From Candidatus Cloacimonadales bacterium (GTDB lineage: Bacteria; Cloacimonadota; Cloacimonadia; Cloacimonadales; DAONDQ01), in NCBI GenBank assembly GCA_963662275.1, contig OY759316.1, positions 3,040,001 through 3,104,000 on the forward strand: 64,000 nucleotides of DNA, in the 5' to 3' direction. The notes below the pieces were generated by a model that saw only the letters and a list, made by a program, of their open reading frames with translations, was not told where the DNA came from and ran no database searches. Shown here piece by piece: positions 39,898 through 50,579 of the stretch (positions are counted from its first letter, which is position 1; each line of letters opens with the position of its first letter). The translations under genes and the position numbers were made by a program.

Positions 39898-41607
39898 ATG
39901 ACTAATCCAACCCCCTATATCAGAAAAGTGAATGATGTATTCACTTATCTTGGTACCGGTGAATTCGGTGAAAAAGCGCATGGTTTGATTAATACGCTTA
40001 CTTATCTGAATGATGCTTTCCCCGGAAATGAATTCGAAGGAATTGAGATATTCATCCCGAAATCACTTGTTATCTTGAGTGATGTATTTACGCTATTCAT
40101 GGATGAAAACTCACTATGGGAATTAGCTCTTACTGATTTATCTGATGAACACATCGCCCAAATATTTCAAAAAGCAAGTCTCCCAGCTCTCTTAAGCGGT
40201 GACCTGTATGAATACGCAGTAGCAACAACATATCCATTGGCAGTAAGGTCATCAAGCATTTTAGAAGATTCTCTGAACGAACCATTCGCTGGTGTATATC
40301 ATACAAAGATGTTACCAAACTATTACTTAGACCCACAATTGCGCTTCCAGAAACTCGTCCAGGCTGTAAAACTAATTTGGAGCAGTGTCTATACACAGTC
40401 TTCTAAAAGATATTTTCAGGCAATTAAAAGAGATATCCTGACAGAAAGAATGGCAGTTCTCATCCAGGAAGTTGTTGGTAAACGCTATAAAGATAGGTAT
40501 TATCCAACCATTAGCGGTGTTGCCCGTTCTTACAATTATTACGCATATAAAGACAATCAACCGGAAGATGGCATCATAAACCTAGCATTAGGTTTGGGAA
40601 AGTCTATCGTTGATGGTGAAAATGTGTGGCAATATACCCCATCAAGTCCTGCCAGTCCACCTCCGTTTTCTCTTGCTGATATCCTGCAAAACACACAATC
40701 ATCTTTCTATGCAGTTCATATGGGAGAAAAAAGTGAATATGATCCGATTAATCCGGATGAATTTCTTACAAAACATTACCTTGATGAAGCAAAGAAGGAT
40801 GGCACGCTGGTTGTTTGTGGAAGACCTTATAATGAGAATTCCGATAACAATGAATCGGGTCCTTGGCTAGTTGATTTCTCACCTGTACTTAAATATGATA
40901 TCATGCCTCTGAACCGGTTGCTGCAAAAGCTTCTTCAAATCTGTGAAAATCTTTATGGATTGAAAGTGGAAATCGAGTTCGCTGTCACAGCGGATGAAGA
41001 TTCAAAGCCACATTTTGGTTTTCTCCAGGTACGTCCTATGATCATGCAGGGTGGTAGTGTGGAAGTGAAAGAAGAAAGTGGAAAACAAGTTCTGTTATAT
41101 AGTGAAAATGTGCTTGGAAATGGCATTGTCAGTGATATCACAGATATCATTATGATTAAAAGAGAAGTATTTAACCCAAAAGATTCCTATGCCATAGCGC
41201 AGGAAATGGATGTGTTTAACAAGGATTTCTTAGATAACGATAAAAGATATCTTCTGCTTACTTATGGGCGTTTAGGCAGTTCAGATCCATGGCTTGGTAT
41301 TCCTGTCGACTGGAGCAGTATAGGTAAGGTTTCAGTCATAGTTGAATCGGCATTACCGGGATTCAATCCCGAGCTAAGTCAAGGTTCTCATTTCTTTCAC
41401 AATCTCCTGGCTTTCCAGGTGAAGTACTTTTCCATCTGTGAATCTGATATGAATGATCTTGACTATTCGTGGCTGGATTCCCAACCCGTGATGAAGAATG
41501 GCAAGTATCTGAAACATATCGTTTTAAACAAGCCTTTACTGATAAAAGTTGACGGAAGGGAACGGAAAGGTATTATTTACAAAAACGGAGATGAGAAAAT
41601 ATTATGA
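39898..41607 (+). CDS. PEP synthase/PPDK N-terminal (ATP-grasp) domain protein without the pyruvate-binding barrel
   Basis: AVRSSSILED...FAGVY, MAVLIQEVVG, GLGK, VEIEFA, LQVRP, ELSQGSHFF. Confidence 0.8.
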   Translation: MTNPTPYIRKVNDVFTYLGTGEFGEKAHGLINTLTYLNDAFPGNEFEGIEIFIPKSLVILSDVFTLFMDENSLWELALTDLSDEHIAQIFQKASLPALLSGDLYEYAVATTYPLAVRSSSILEDSLNEPFAGVYHTKMLPNYYLDPQLRFQKLVQAVKLIWSSVYTQSSKRYFQAIKRDILTERMAVLIQEVVGKRYKDRYYPTISGVARSYNYYAYKDNQPEDGIINLALGLGKSIVDGENVWQYTPSSPASPPPFSLADILQNTQSSFYAVHMGEKSEYDPINPDEFLTKHYLDEAKKDGTLVVCGRPYNENSDNNESGPWLVDFSPVLKYDIMPLNRLLQKLLQICENLYGLKVEIEFAVTADEDSKPHFGFLQVRPMIMQGGSVEVKEESGKQVLLYSENVLGNGIVSDITDIIMIKREVFNPKDSYAIAQEMDVFNKDFLDNDKRYLLLTYGRLGSSDPWLGIPVDWSSIGKVSVIVESALPGFNPELSQGSHFFHNLLAFQVKYFSICESDMNDLDYSWLDSQPVMKNGKYLKHIVLNKPLLIKVDGRERKGIIYKNGDEKIL

Positions 41608-44600
41608 CAGAATCACGGCAGAAAGAACTCTTGGACAGCTTATCGGAAAGAGCGAAGGAACTTAATTGCCTGTATCAAATCGAAGAATTGCTCAAGGATT
41701 ATGAGCGTCCACTGTCTGATATCTTTCACGAACTTGTTCAAATCATTCCCCAAGGCTGGCAATTCCCCAATGATACTTCAGTTCGCATCCAGAACAGAGG
41801 GGATGTTTTTGAAAGCTTAAATTTCCTGGCATCTGAGACAAAATTACAAGCTAACATGGATGTGCAGAACGAAAATGTAGGATATTTGGAGATCTACTAT
41901 CATGGCAACGACAAGCTGGCAAATCCGTTTTTACCGGAAGAACAAAAATTACTGAGTACCATTGCCCAATGGGTGAGTCATTACCTATATTATCGGGATT
42001 TGAATACTCAATCAGCCCTGGCGATTCAGAATAAAAATAAAATAGCTTCCCGAAATGAATGGCAGGCAGTTGTTGAAATGATACGGAAGACAGATTCGGA
42101 TTTTTACCTGAGGCTTTCCCGGAAAATGATGAATTATCTATGTTGGTTAGGAATACCGGAAGCAAGGCACATTTTGCAATCATTTGCTGAAGATAATGCT
42201 CTTTTGGGAGATAATACCGAAGAAAATAAACCAGGAAGAAGAAACGTGGGATTGATGAAAATGGCAGGGGAGAGAATTTTTGAACTAGCTTCCCACTCCA
42301 TTAGTGATGAAGAGATCTTAAATCAAATCAAACGCTGGTTTCAACAAGATAAGATCATGTTTTTCCTGGAGAATCTGGAAAATCTTTCTACTTCCATGAG
42401 TGATTTACACAATGCCCTCACGCGTTTCTCTCATCTTGATAAAATGGACATTTCAGAGCATACCTATTTAAATCTGAAAGTACTCCTGATCTATCGCTTC
42501 TTTACTGAACAACCTGAATTTATCAACATTGCAAAACATTTTGTCGATCCTGAAGATTTTTATGATCTTATCCAGCATATTATCTATCCTTCAAGAGGGC
42601 AAGGAAAGCTGGGTGGAAAAGCAGCAGGAATATTCCTGGCAACCAGCATACTGAAATCAAGTAAGCTGAATTACAAAACACCTAAAACCTGGTATATCAC
42701 TTCGAATGCGTTGCTTTCTTTCCTTAACTACAACAATCTTCGTGAGATTATCGAACAAAAGTATAAAAATGGGGAACAGATTCGTGAAGAATATCCGAAT
42801 ATCATACAAATTTTCAAAAATTCATACTTTTCTCCTGAAATTACGAAAGGACTGCAGCAAGCGCTGAATGATTTTGGTGAAAAACCTCTGATCGTACGCA
42901 GTTCAAGTCTGTTAGAAGACAGGATCGGGGCGACTTTTTCCGGCAAATACAAAAGTCTGTTCCTTGCGAACCAGGGAACGTACCAGGAACGTTTGGCAGC
43001 CTTGATGGATGCAATTACGGAAGTGTATGCTTCTACTTTTGGTCCTGATCCAATCGAATACCGTAAAGAGCGTAATCTTCTTGATTTTCATGAGGAAATG
43101 GCTATTCTCATCCAGGAAGTTGTAGGCGTAAAAGCTGGAAAATATTTCTTCCCCGCCTTTGCGGGAGTGGCATTTTCTTATAATGAATTCCGCTGGTCAC
43201 CTCGTTTGGAAAGGGATAATGGTCTTTTACGCTTGGTACCAGGTTTGGGTACACGGGCTGTTGATCGCATTGGTGATGAATACCCGTTGCTGCTGGCTCC
43301 CGGTCAACCATCCCTAAGAGTAAACACCAATCCTGAAGAAATTTCACTTTATTCACCTCATAGAATAGATGTCATCGACTTGGAAGAAAATACATTTGTT
43401 ACCCATGACCTGGATCTTTTACTGAAAGAGATCAAGGATGAATTTCCACAGGTGGAACAGATGTTCAGCGTGTACAATGATGGTACGATCGTTGAGAAAA
43501 CGAAATTTGGCATCGATTTTGAAAAAGATACACTACTTTTTACGATGAATAGTTTTCTAAAAAACAGTCCTTTTTTGAGCAATATGCGTCAACTTCTCAA
43601 TGTATTAAGGGAGAAGATCGGGATTGGGGTCGATATCGAATTTGCCCACGATGGAAAAGATCTGTATATTCTTCAATGCAGAGGTCAGGGGCTCAGTTCA
43701 GAAAATGCTCCATCCTTAATACCGCAGGATATCAATGAGCAAAATATCATTTTCAATGCAAATACCTATATTTCCAATGGTGCTGTTCCTGAGATCTTGC
43801 ATATTGTCTATGTGGATCCTGCCGGTTATAAAAAACTAACCAACCTTGAAGATTTGAAACGGGTCGGCAGAGCAATAGGACAATTGAATGGAATTCTGCC
43901 CAAACGGAAGTTTATACTGATGGGTCCCGGACGTTGGGGTTCCAAAGGTGATATCAAGCTCGGCGTAAAAGTGACTTATTCGGATATCAATAATACTGCT
44001 ATGCTGATCGAAATTGCCCGTTGTGAAGGAGGCTATTTACCCGATCTATCATTCGGAACGCATTTCTTCCAGGATCTTGTGGAAGCTTCTATTCGTTATT
44101 TACCACTATATCCCGATAATGAAGGGATCATTTTTAATGACCAGTTCCTGGACATTTCTTCCAATATTCTATCTAATTTATTACCTGAATATGCGGATTT
44201 AGAAGAAGTGATCAAAGTAATCGATGTGCAGGGAAATTCGCAGGGAAAGATCTTACGTGTTCTCATGAATGCGGATTTAAACCTGGCAATTGCATATCTT
44301 GATCTTCCGACTTCTTCCAGCACGAATCTAAATATTCCAATTAAAAATACCCCATATTCTACGGAAGCTCCTTGGGTCTGGAGACTGCGTATGGCTGAAG
44401 CTATCTCAAATATGATGGATGGAAAACAATTTGGAGTGAAAGCTATCTATCTGATTGGCAGTACAAAGAATGCAAACGCTGGACCAGCTAGTGATATTGA
44501 TCTTCTTCTCCATTTTACCGGAAATGCTGTGAAAAGAAGAGAACTTCTTAAATGGCTGGAAGGATGGGGTTTGGCACTTGCAGAGATGAATTTTCTGAAA

Positions 44601-44729
44601 ACAGGTTATCGTACAGATAGTTTGCTTGATGTTCATTTAGTTACGGATCATGATATTTCTGAGAAAACAAGCTATGCAGTGAAGATCGGAGCAATCACCG
44701 ATGCAGCCAGGTTACTGAAAGCCTTTTAA
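41604..44729 (+). CDS. GAF-like + PEP synthase/PPDK ATP-grasp + C-terminal nucleotidyltransferase fusion
   Basis: GKLGGKA, VRSSSLLED, DIEFA, LQCR, DLSFGTHFF; C-terminal YLIGST...SDIDL...LDVHLV (Pol-beta GS/DxD/D). Confidence 0.8.
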   Translation: MTESRQKELLDSLSERAKELNCLYQIEELLKDYERPLSDIFHELVQIIPQGWQFPNDTSVRIQNRGDVFESLNFLASETKLQANMDVQNENVGYLEIYYHGNDKLANPFLPEEQKLLSTIAQWVSHYLYYRDLNTQSALAIQNKNKIASRNEWQAVVEMIRKTDSDFYLRLSRKMMNYLCWLGIPEARHILQSFAEDNALLGDNTEENKPGRRNVGLMKMAGERIFELASHSISDEEILNQIKRWFQQDKIMFFLENLENLSTSMSDLHNALTRFSHLDKMDISEHTYLNLKVLLIYRFFTEQPEFINIAKHFVDPEDFYDLIQHIIYPSRGQGKLGGKAAGIFLATSILKSSKLNYKTPKTWYITSNALLSFLNYNNLREIIEQKYKNGEQIREEYPNIIQIFKNSYFSPEITKGLQQALNDFGEKPLIVRSSSLLEDRIGATFSGKYKSLFLANQGTYQERLAALMDAITEVYASTFGPDPIEYRKERNLLDFHEEMAILIQEVVGVKAGKYFFPAFAGVAFSYNEFRWSPRLERDNGLLRLVPGLGTRAVDRIGDEYPLLLAPGQPSLRVNTNPEEISLYSPHRIDVIDLEENTFVTHDLDLLLKEIKDEFPQVEQMFSVYNDGTIVEKTKFGIDFEKDTLLFTMNSFLKNSPFLSNMRQLLNVLREKIGIGVDIEFAHDGKDLYILQCRGQGLSSENAPSLIPQDINEQNIIFNANTYISNGAVPEILHIVYVDPAGYKKLTNLEDLKRVGRAIGQLNGILPKRKFILMGPGRWGSKGDIKLGVKVTYSDINNTAMLIEIARCEGGYLPDLSFGTHFFQDLVEASIRYLPLYPDNEGIIFNDQFLDISSNILSNLLPEYADLEEVIKVIDVQGNSQGKILRVLMNADLNLAIAYLDLPTSSSTNLNIPIKNTPYSTEAPWVWRLRMAEAISNMMDGKQFGVKAIYLIGSTKNANAGPASDIDLLLHFTGNAVKRRELLKWLEGWGLALAEMNFLKTGYRTDSLLDVHLVTDHDISEKTSYAVKIGAITDAARLLKAF

Positions 44730-45583
44730 TGAAAGCGATATACGTTACTGATTTGCATGGTCGGACAAAGTTATTCAATTTACTGATGGAATACATCTTA
44801 AAGGAAAAACCGGAAGTCTTATTCATAGGTGGTGATATCTTTCCGGGTGGTAGAGGATTGATGGCAGCCTTAAACTATGAATGTGAAGATTTTGTGAATG
44901 AGTTCCTGGTTGAATGGTGTAATCATCTTAAAACTGAATTAACGAATCAGTATCCAAAGATCTTCCTTATCATGGGTAATGATGATTCTGCCTATGATGA
45001 ATTTGCTCTACAATCACATCCCCATTTATGGACATACTGTCACAACCAGGTAGTAATGTGCAATGAATTCACTATTATCGGTTATAATTGCATCCCTCCA
45101 TCTCCATTTCTTAATAAGGATTGGGAACGTTATGATATTTCCAGGTTCGTCGATCCCGGTTGTATTCCTCCTGATGAAGGACGACATACTTACCCTCCTG
45201 ACGAATACGAATATCGGAAAACTATACAAGATGAATTGAATGAGGTAACTGAAGATTTGAATTTTTCACAAACAATCTGTCTATTTCACTGTCCGCCCTA
45301 CAACACGAATTTAGATCGTGCCGCCTTGGATGGTAAAAGTTTTGATTATGCCCCTCTTGATGTTCATATTGGCAGCATCGCCATCCGTCGGTTTATTGAA
45401 GACAACCATCCTATGCTGGGATTATTCGGGCATGTCCATGAAAGCAGTAGAATAACCGGCGTACGTTCAGAAATGTTAGGTCAGACTTTGTGTATTAACT
45501 GCGCAACTGACGATGGCAGCTTATGTATTGCTCAATTTGATTTGTTTGATTTATATACAAGACCCGTATTATATAATCTATAA
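44729..45583 (+). CDS. Icc-like calcineurin-fold metallophosphoesterase
   Basis: TDLHG, GGDI, MGNDD, FHCPP, GHVHE; TAATG overlap with the upstream stop. Confidence 0.85.
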   Translation: MKAIYVTDLHGRTKLFNLLMEYILKEKPEVLFIGGDIFPGGRGLMAALNYECEDFVNEFLVEWCNHLKTELTNQYPKIFLIMGNDDSAYDEFALQSHPHLWTYCHNQVVMCNEFTIIGYNCIPPSPFLNKDWERYDISRFVDPGCIPPDEGRHTYPPDEYEYRKTIQDELNEVTEDLNFSQTICLFHCPPYNTNLDRAALDGKSFDYAPLDVHIGSIAIRRFIEDNHPMLGLFGHVHESSRITGVRSEMLGQTLCINCATDDGSLCIAQFDLFDLYTRPVLYNL

Positions 45584-46127
45584 TTACAAATTATTGCTGC
45601 ATCTCCCATAAATAACTACAAGATAAATACTGAGAATAAGTTTATTACTGAGAAAAAGCATCGGTATGATAAGACAAAAAATACAACATCGAGTTACGAA
45701 GAAATCTGAACAGAAAACTGATTTTTTAAGTAATAAGTTCTATTTGGGCATCTTATGTATAAATATATAATGATTCCTGATCGGGGTTTTGCGAGAAGAC
45801 TGTTCTGTTTAAGAGTTATGATTTGATTCAGTGAATTTAATCATTCTCTGCAAGAGCGTTTCGCTTCGGTGATGTCTATTCATGTAATTACCACGAATAC
45901 CCATGAAGAGCTTAACTATATTAACAACTTGCTGCATCGAATGCGAATGAATTAGAACCCCCTAAAATCACACTAATGATTCATGGATATTCATTTTTTT
46001 TACCAACAAATCAACTTAGAAATCATATATAAGAATTTAATCAGATTCTGGAATTTGCCAAATTATTATATTGCATTTTTTTCTCTGAAAAGACTATTAA
46101 GTATTTGAAATGAATATATTTGAACAA

Positions 46128-46156
46128 AAGAACCACCCAGAAAATGGGTGGTTCTT
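46128..46156 (-). terminator. Intrinsic terminator of the 1469-aa gene
   Basis: AAGAACCACCCA/TGGGTGGTTCTT stem with T-rich tail on -. Confidence 0.75.
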
Positions 46157-46169
46157 ACTTGTATTTTAT

Positions 46170-49100
46170 CTACTTCAAGAGTAGAATTTTTCGTACTTCT
46201 ACACACTCCCCTGCCTTCATTTTTACAAAATAGACTCCTGAAGGACAAGCTTTTCCAATGAGATTGATACCACTCCAAGTTGTCTGATAAATACCCGCTT
46301 TGTCATTGTTTTTATGAAAGGAAGCCATCAACTGACCTTTCACATTATAGATGGAAATCTCGACTTGGTTAGGGGTTTTTAATGAATAACGAATGGTTGT
46401 ATCTCCAATGAATGGATTCGGAAAGATGCTTTCAAGTCTTGTTAGTTCGGGTATGATTGGTGGTACATCCGGATTGTCATTCTGTTCAACAAAGATGGAA
46501 ACAGGTCCATGAAAACCACTGGTTCCATCCGTGTTTACATATTGAAGCCAATAGTATAATAGAACAGGAGCTTCGATTTCTTCATCCACGAATTGGTATG
46601 TCTGTTGGGTGGATGTATTCAAGGCTGCTACCATGATGTTCATATCCTCTGCCGTCTGCAGGGTATTCTCAGTGCTGCGTAAGATACGATAGCCAACCAA
46701 GTTCGTTTCTGATTGGGTAATCCAATTCAATTGGACATAATTCTGCTGAGTTGTAATAGCCGTGAATGAAGTCAATTCAACAGGAAGGGTCTCGTTTTCT
46801 GCACCAACAGTCCATTCAGAGAACTCGTTTGTATTCACTTGGATCATCCTGGGATTTAATAATGACACATCTACAGGAGTACCTACTGGCTGCCAGCTAG
46901 TGCCATTATACCGATACACTATCGCCTTGTTTTCTGGAGAAAATACATGCCCATTATCAGCAGTGGAGGGCCACACAAGTGTTAGTTGTGAAGTACCTGT
47001 AAATGAACCGTTAATTGTCCATTTCCGATGAATACCACTTTTCCCAAAAACGTCAACCGCCTGATCAAGATGAGTAGCCTGGAAACCAGTAATTTCCAGT
47101 CCGTTTGCCACATGAACACCAACTGCATCATTATTGAATCCTTTTATTCCAATTTCCTGGCTAACCGTTCCAAAAATCTCTGTATTCTGGTTCGTATTCA
47201 AAATTGCTGTTGGTTTCAATACCAAAGATGAAGAAGCCGTATTTAACTGTGAGTTGATTAGAAGCGTCACTGAGCTTTCCACATAGGCATTGGAATTAAG
47301 AGTAACAAGTATACTCGGTGAGATGATGATACTGTTGAGAATCCCAGAACTGGAAGGAATTTCATTGCCTGTGACCACAGTGCTCTGATAGAATAAATTC
47401 ACTGTTCCTTGCCATACAGGTTCCACATCCAATGCCCCAAGACCTCGATTGATTGTTGTGTTATCAATGAAAACGAGATACTGAGAGTTTGTCAGCTCTC
47501 CCTTGAGCAGGTAAAAAGCAGAATAGATATACACATAATCTGTTAATGTTGCTCCGTCAGCACGATCCAGTGTGAAATATCCCAACGTAACTCCGGAAAG
47601 TTCTAAGCCAGTACCCGCTCCTGAGATCGTCAATGATGAAGTCTGAGACCCTGTAAAACTTCCCGTTCCCATAGTGAGATCACCGGTTATCGACAGGCTG
47701 TTATTATTCAGATTCAATGATCCTGCTGTTAGATAAAGATCTTCAACAGTTAGACTTCCACCCATGAGCATTCCGCTTGGTCTGTCTAATACAAGTTCCT
47801 GAAGTGTAACTGACGGAACAGTAGCAGCCAATGCAGTGCCATTAATTGTCAGCTTGGCATCTGCTCCACCTGTCAGGCTTCCCATAAATTGGGTAATGAT
47901 TCCACCCACTGTTAATCTGTGAGAACTCAATAATAAAGCTCCCCTGTTTAAATTCAGATTCGTCGTGATAACATCCCCCGTTAAGGTACAGCCATTCATG
48001 CGACTAATCCCTAAAGTCCCCACTGTAAGGCCTCTCAAGTTAAAATTCAATCCATTGCCACCGATCAATAGGCTGGAAGAAGAATCCGTAATTAATGTAC
48101 CTAAAAATTCGCTCATGATCATGTTGATCGTTAGTTGATTAGCACCTACAGTAAAATGACCGCTGATCAAGTTTAAATTATTAACAGATACATTTCCAAT
48201 CATCGTACACCCACTTGCACGTGAAAGAGATAAATTTCCTAATGTGATTGCTTCCAGGCTGAATGTGGATACAGCACCACCTATCGTTAATGATGAACTG
48301 GTAGTTCCAGTCATGAGTGAACTACCTGTTTTCGTACCATTCATTAAAAGAGTACTCGAACCAATAGAAAGTCCACCGGAAGTGAGTGCAAGTGTACCAT
48401 TAATACTTACTGTCCCACTGATGGCAATGCCATTAGCACGGAGGACATTCAGATTGTTCAGCACAACAGATGGTAATGTTGTTTGAGGTGTGCTGATTGT
48501 TCCCCCAATTATGATGTTGGAAGAAGTACCTCCTGTTAAACTCCCACTTGTTGTATTAATGTAATCGGTAATCGTAAGTGTATTAGAGCTAATCGTTAAA
48601 CTACCAGATAGCAGATCAAGGGAAGTCAGTGATAATACGCCTCCCATTGTCGCCCCTAAAGGTCTGTTTAACGTCAGATTGTGAATACTGAGAGAAGCAG
48701 GAATTGCAAAATTTGCTGCTGTTCCACCAACTGTAATATCGGAACTGCTGCCGGCATTCAAGCTTCCGGAGCCGAAAGAAAGAGCTCCATTCAATGTCAG
48801 ACGATGACTTCCTACCGTAAATGCTCCTGATGTCAGTATCAGGTCAACGGTCGTGATATCGGCACCCATTGTAGCGCCATTACTCCTGTTTAATGTCAAT
48901 TGATTAAGAGTAATCGTTTCTATTGAGAAATTCAATCCGCTTCCACTGATGATCATATTTGAACTGGAACTGCCAACGATCAGGCCTGCTCCGCTTTTTG
49001 TACCTGACATGGTAAAAGTATGACCGTTAATACCCATATTCCCTGTCAAACTTAAAGTCCCGGTTACTGTAACGGCACCGCTTAGCGTAATGCCGCTTGT

Positions 49101-50579
49101 TCGGGAAACAGTAAGATTGTTCAGTGACACTGAAGGTAACCCTGTTGAAGCCCCGCTTCCTCCATAAGTAATATTAGAAGAAACTCCGCCTGTTAAAGTT
49201 CCGGAACCGGATACTGCACCATTGAGTGTTAGAGTATTTGAACCAATAGACAGCGGTCCATTCAATGCAAAAGTACTACCTACTGTTGTTGCACCTGAAA
49301 TGGATTTAGTTCCAGTTGAGGATATCGTCATGTTAGAATAATCAGTTCTCGCAGTCACTACTTGCGCTGAAGCCGAATTGTATTCAATTGTGCAACCACT
49401 CCAGAGCACAATTGAAGGACTATTTGTGCTGGAAACAGTTGTGGATGAAGTACCGGAAAAACCACTTGTATTAGCAGTTTTCAACGTTCCATAAAAGTTG
49501 AAGAGAGCGCTTGAACCCACACCCTTCAATTGATATGTACCTGCATCAAGAATACCTCTTTCATGGAATTGCATACTCGAACCCATTGATACATTATCTA
49601 CCAAAGTATAAGAAGCACCAGACCCGATGTCAATATTATGATGTGCTTGAGCATCATAAGTCAGATCACCAATACCAAAGTTTTTACCTACACCCGTCAA
49701 ATAATAGGTTGGATATCCACCATTAATGACGTTAACAGAATAGAAGAAACCCGCGGAATGCACAAAACTCCCGCCAATGTTATAAGTATTATAGGGCAGA
49801 GTATAGTTATCACGGTAAGTGCCATAAAATTGTCCACCACTGATGAGTAAATCACCCCCAATATTGTAAGTACAATATCCACCACCATTCGACCCATAAA
49901 AGATACCTCCATCCATCGTGATACTTCCACTCATATTGAAAGTATCATTAGCGCCACCATCAGAACCAATAAATGTTCCATTATGTACATAGATATTGGC
50001 AATGCTGAGAGTTTGGTCATCAGTCGTTTGACCACCCTCGAAAGTTCCACCATCAAGTTGCAATGTTCCTCTAACTTCAAAACCAGCAGTACTTCCAGTA
50101 CAATCTGCTATTCCTTGCTTCACAATCAGATTTCCATAGGATACCTGATCCTTGAATGTGATAGGATTATGGTTGAGAACAAAATTGCTTGTATCCTCGA
50201 GGTAACCATTACCACCCCAACCGAGATTACTATACGTGTCATTAGTAACTTCATAAGTACCACCGTTATTTACTCTGCCGGTAATCTGGTGATCAAACAA
50301 GCCGGTGATTATTTTGCCATTGTTTTCTATAATGACATAGGAATTTGAACCGCTGACCGTCCATTTTGCCGAAGCAATCATCACATCATAACCTTCGACG
50401 TAAAATACCTGGTTATCAGCAGTAAAATTGGATGGATGAGAACCGGAGTTGTTCCTGTTTGTCCACCAACTTGTCGTAAGGTTCACATTGAGACTGCCAC
50501 CGGAATAATAATTGGTTGCAAAAAGCAGGGTAAATGGACTTAAAATGAAAATAAGTAGAAACAAATGTGCAATTTTCAT
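46170..50579 (-). CDS. Large secreted Gly/Ser/Thr-rich beta-helix-like repeat protein with FlgD/T9SS-like C-terminal tail
   Basis: Signal peptide; repeated L..LTL.R..G..M.G modules; LPVELTSFTA, FPNPF, IYNVKGQ, SGVYF tail. Confidence 0.85.
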   Translation of the reverse strand: MKIAHLFLLIFILSPFTLLFATNYYSGGSLNVNLTTSWWTNRNNSGSHPSNFTADNQVFYVEGYDVMIASAKWTVSGSNSYVIIENNGKIITGLFDHQITGRVNNGGTYEVTNDTYSNLGWGGNGYLEDTSNFVLNHNPITFKDQVSYGNLIVKQGIADCTGSTAGFEVRGTLQLDGGTFEGGQTTDDQTLSIANIYVHNGTFIGSDGGANDTFNMSGSITMDGGIFYGSNGGGYCTYNIGGDLLISGGQFYGTYRDNYTLPYNTYNIGGSFVHSAGFFYSVNVINGGYPTYYLTGVGKNFGIGDLTYDAQAHHNIDIGSGASYTLVDNVSMGSSMQFHERGILDAGTYQLKGVGSSALFNFYGTLKTANTSGFSGTSSTTVSSTNSPSIVLWSGCTIEYNSASAQVVTARTDYSNMTISSTGTKSISGATTVGSTFALNGPLSIGSNTLTLNGAVSGSGTLTGGVSSNITYGGSGASTGLPSVSLNNLTVSRTSGITLSGAVTVTGTLSLTGNMGINGHTFTMSGTKSGAGLIVGSSSSNMIISGSGLNFSIETITLNQLTLNRSNGATMGADITTVDLILTSGAFTVGSHRLTLNGALSFGSGSLNAGSSSDITVGGTAANFAIPASLSIHNLTLNRPLGATMGGVLSLTSLDLLSGSLTISSNTLTITDYINTTSGSLTGGTSSNIIIGGTISTPQTTLPSVVLNNLNVLRANGIAISGTVSINGTLALTSGGLSIGSSTLLMNGTKTGSSLMTGTTSSSLTIGGAVSTFSLEAITLGNLSLSRASGCTMIGNVSVNNLNLISGHFTVGANQLTINMIMSEFLGTLITDSSSSLLIGGNGLNFNLRGLTVGTLGISRMNGCTLTGDVITTNLNLNRGALLLSSHRLTVGGIITQFMGSLTGGADAKLTINGTALAATVPSVTLQELVLDRPSGMLMGGSLTVEDLYLTAGSLNLNNNSLSITGDLTMGTGSFTGSQTSSLTISGAGTGLELSGVTLGYFTLDRADGATLTDYVYIYSAFYLLKGELTNSQYLVFIDNTTINRGLGALDVEPVWQGTVNLFYQSTVVTGNEIPSSSGILNSIIISPSILVTLNSNAYVESSVTLLINSQLNTASSSLVLKPTAILNTNQNTEIFGTVSQEIGIKGFNNDAVGVHVANGLEITGFQATHLDQAVDVFGKSGIHRKWTINGSFTGTSQLTLVWPSTADNGHVFSPENKAIVYRYNGTSWQPVGTPVDVSLLNPRMIQVNTNEFSEWTVGAENETLPVELTSFTAITTQQNYVQLNWITQSETNLVGYRILRSTENTLQTAEDMNIMVAALNTSTQQTYQFVDEEIEAPVLLYYWLQYVNTDGTSGFHGPVSIFVEQNDNPDVPPIIPELTRLESIFPNPFIGDTTIRYSLKTPNQVEISIYNVKGQLMASFHKNNDKAGIYQTTWSGINLIGKACPSGVYFVKMKAGECVEVRKILLLK

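Noticed and set aside
39898..44729. Annotation as true ppsA/ppdK
   Set aside because: No C-terminal PEP/pyruvate TIM barrel or canonical GGxTSHAA phosphocarrier motif.
45584..46127. ncRNA or small gene in the AT-rich gap
   Set aside because: No convincing ORF, repeat or recognisable RNA structure; no tRNA or rRNA recognised anywhere in the window.
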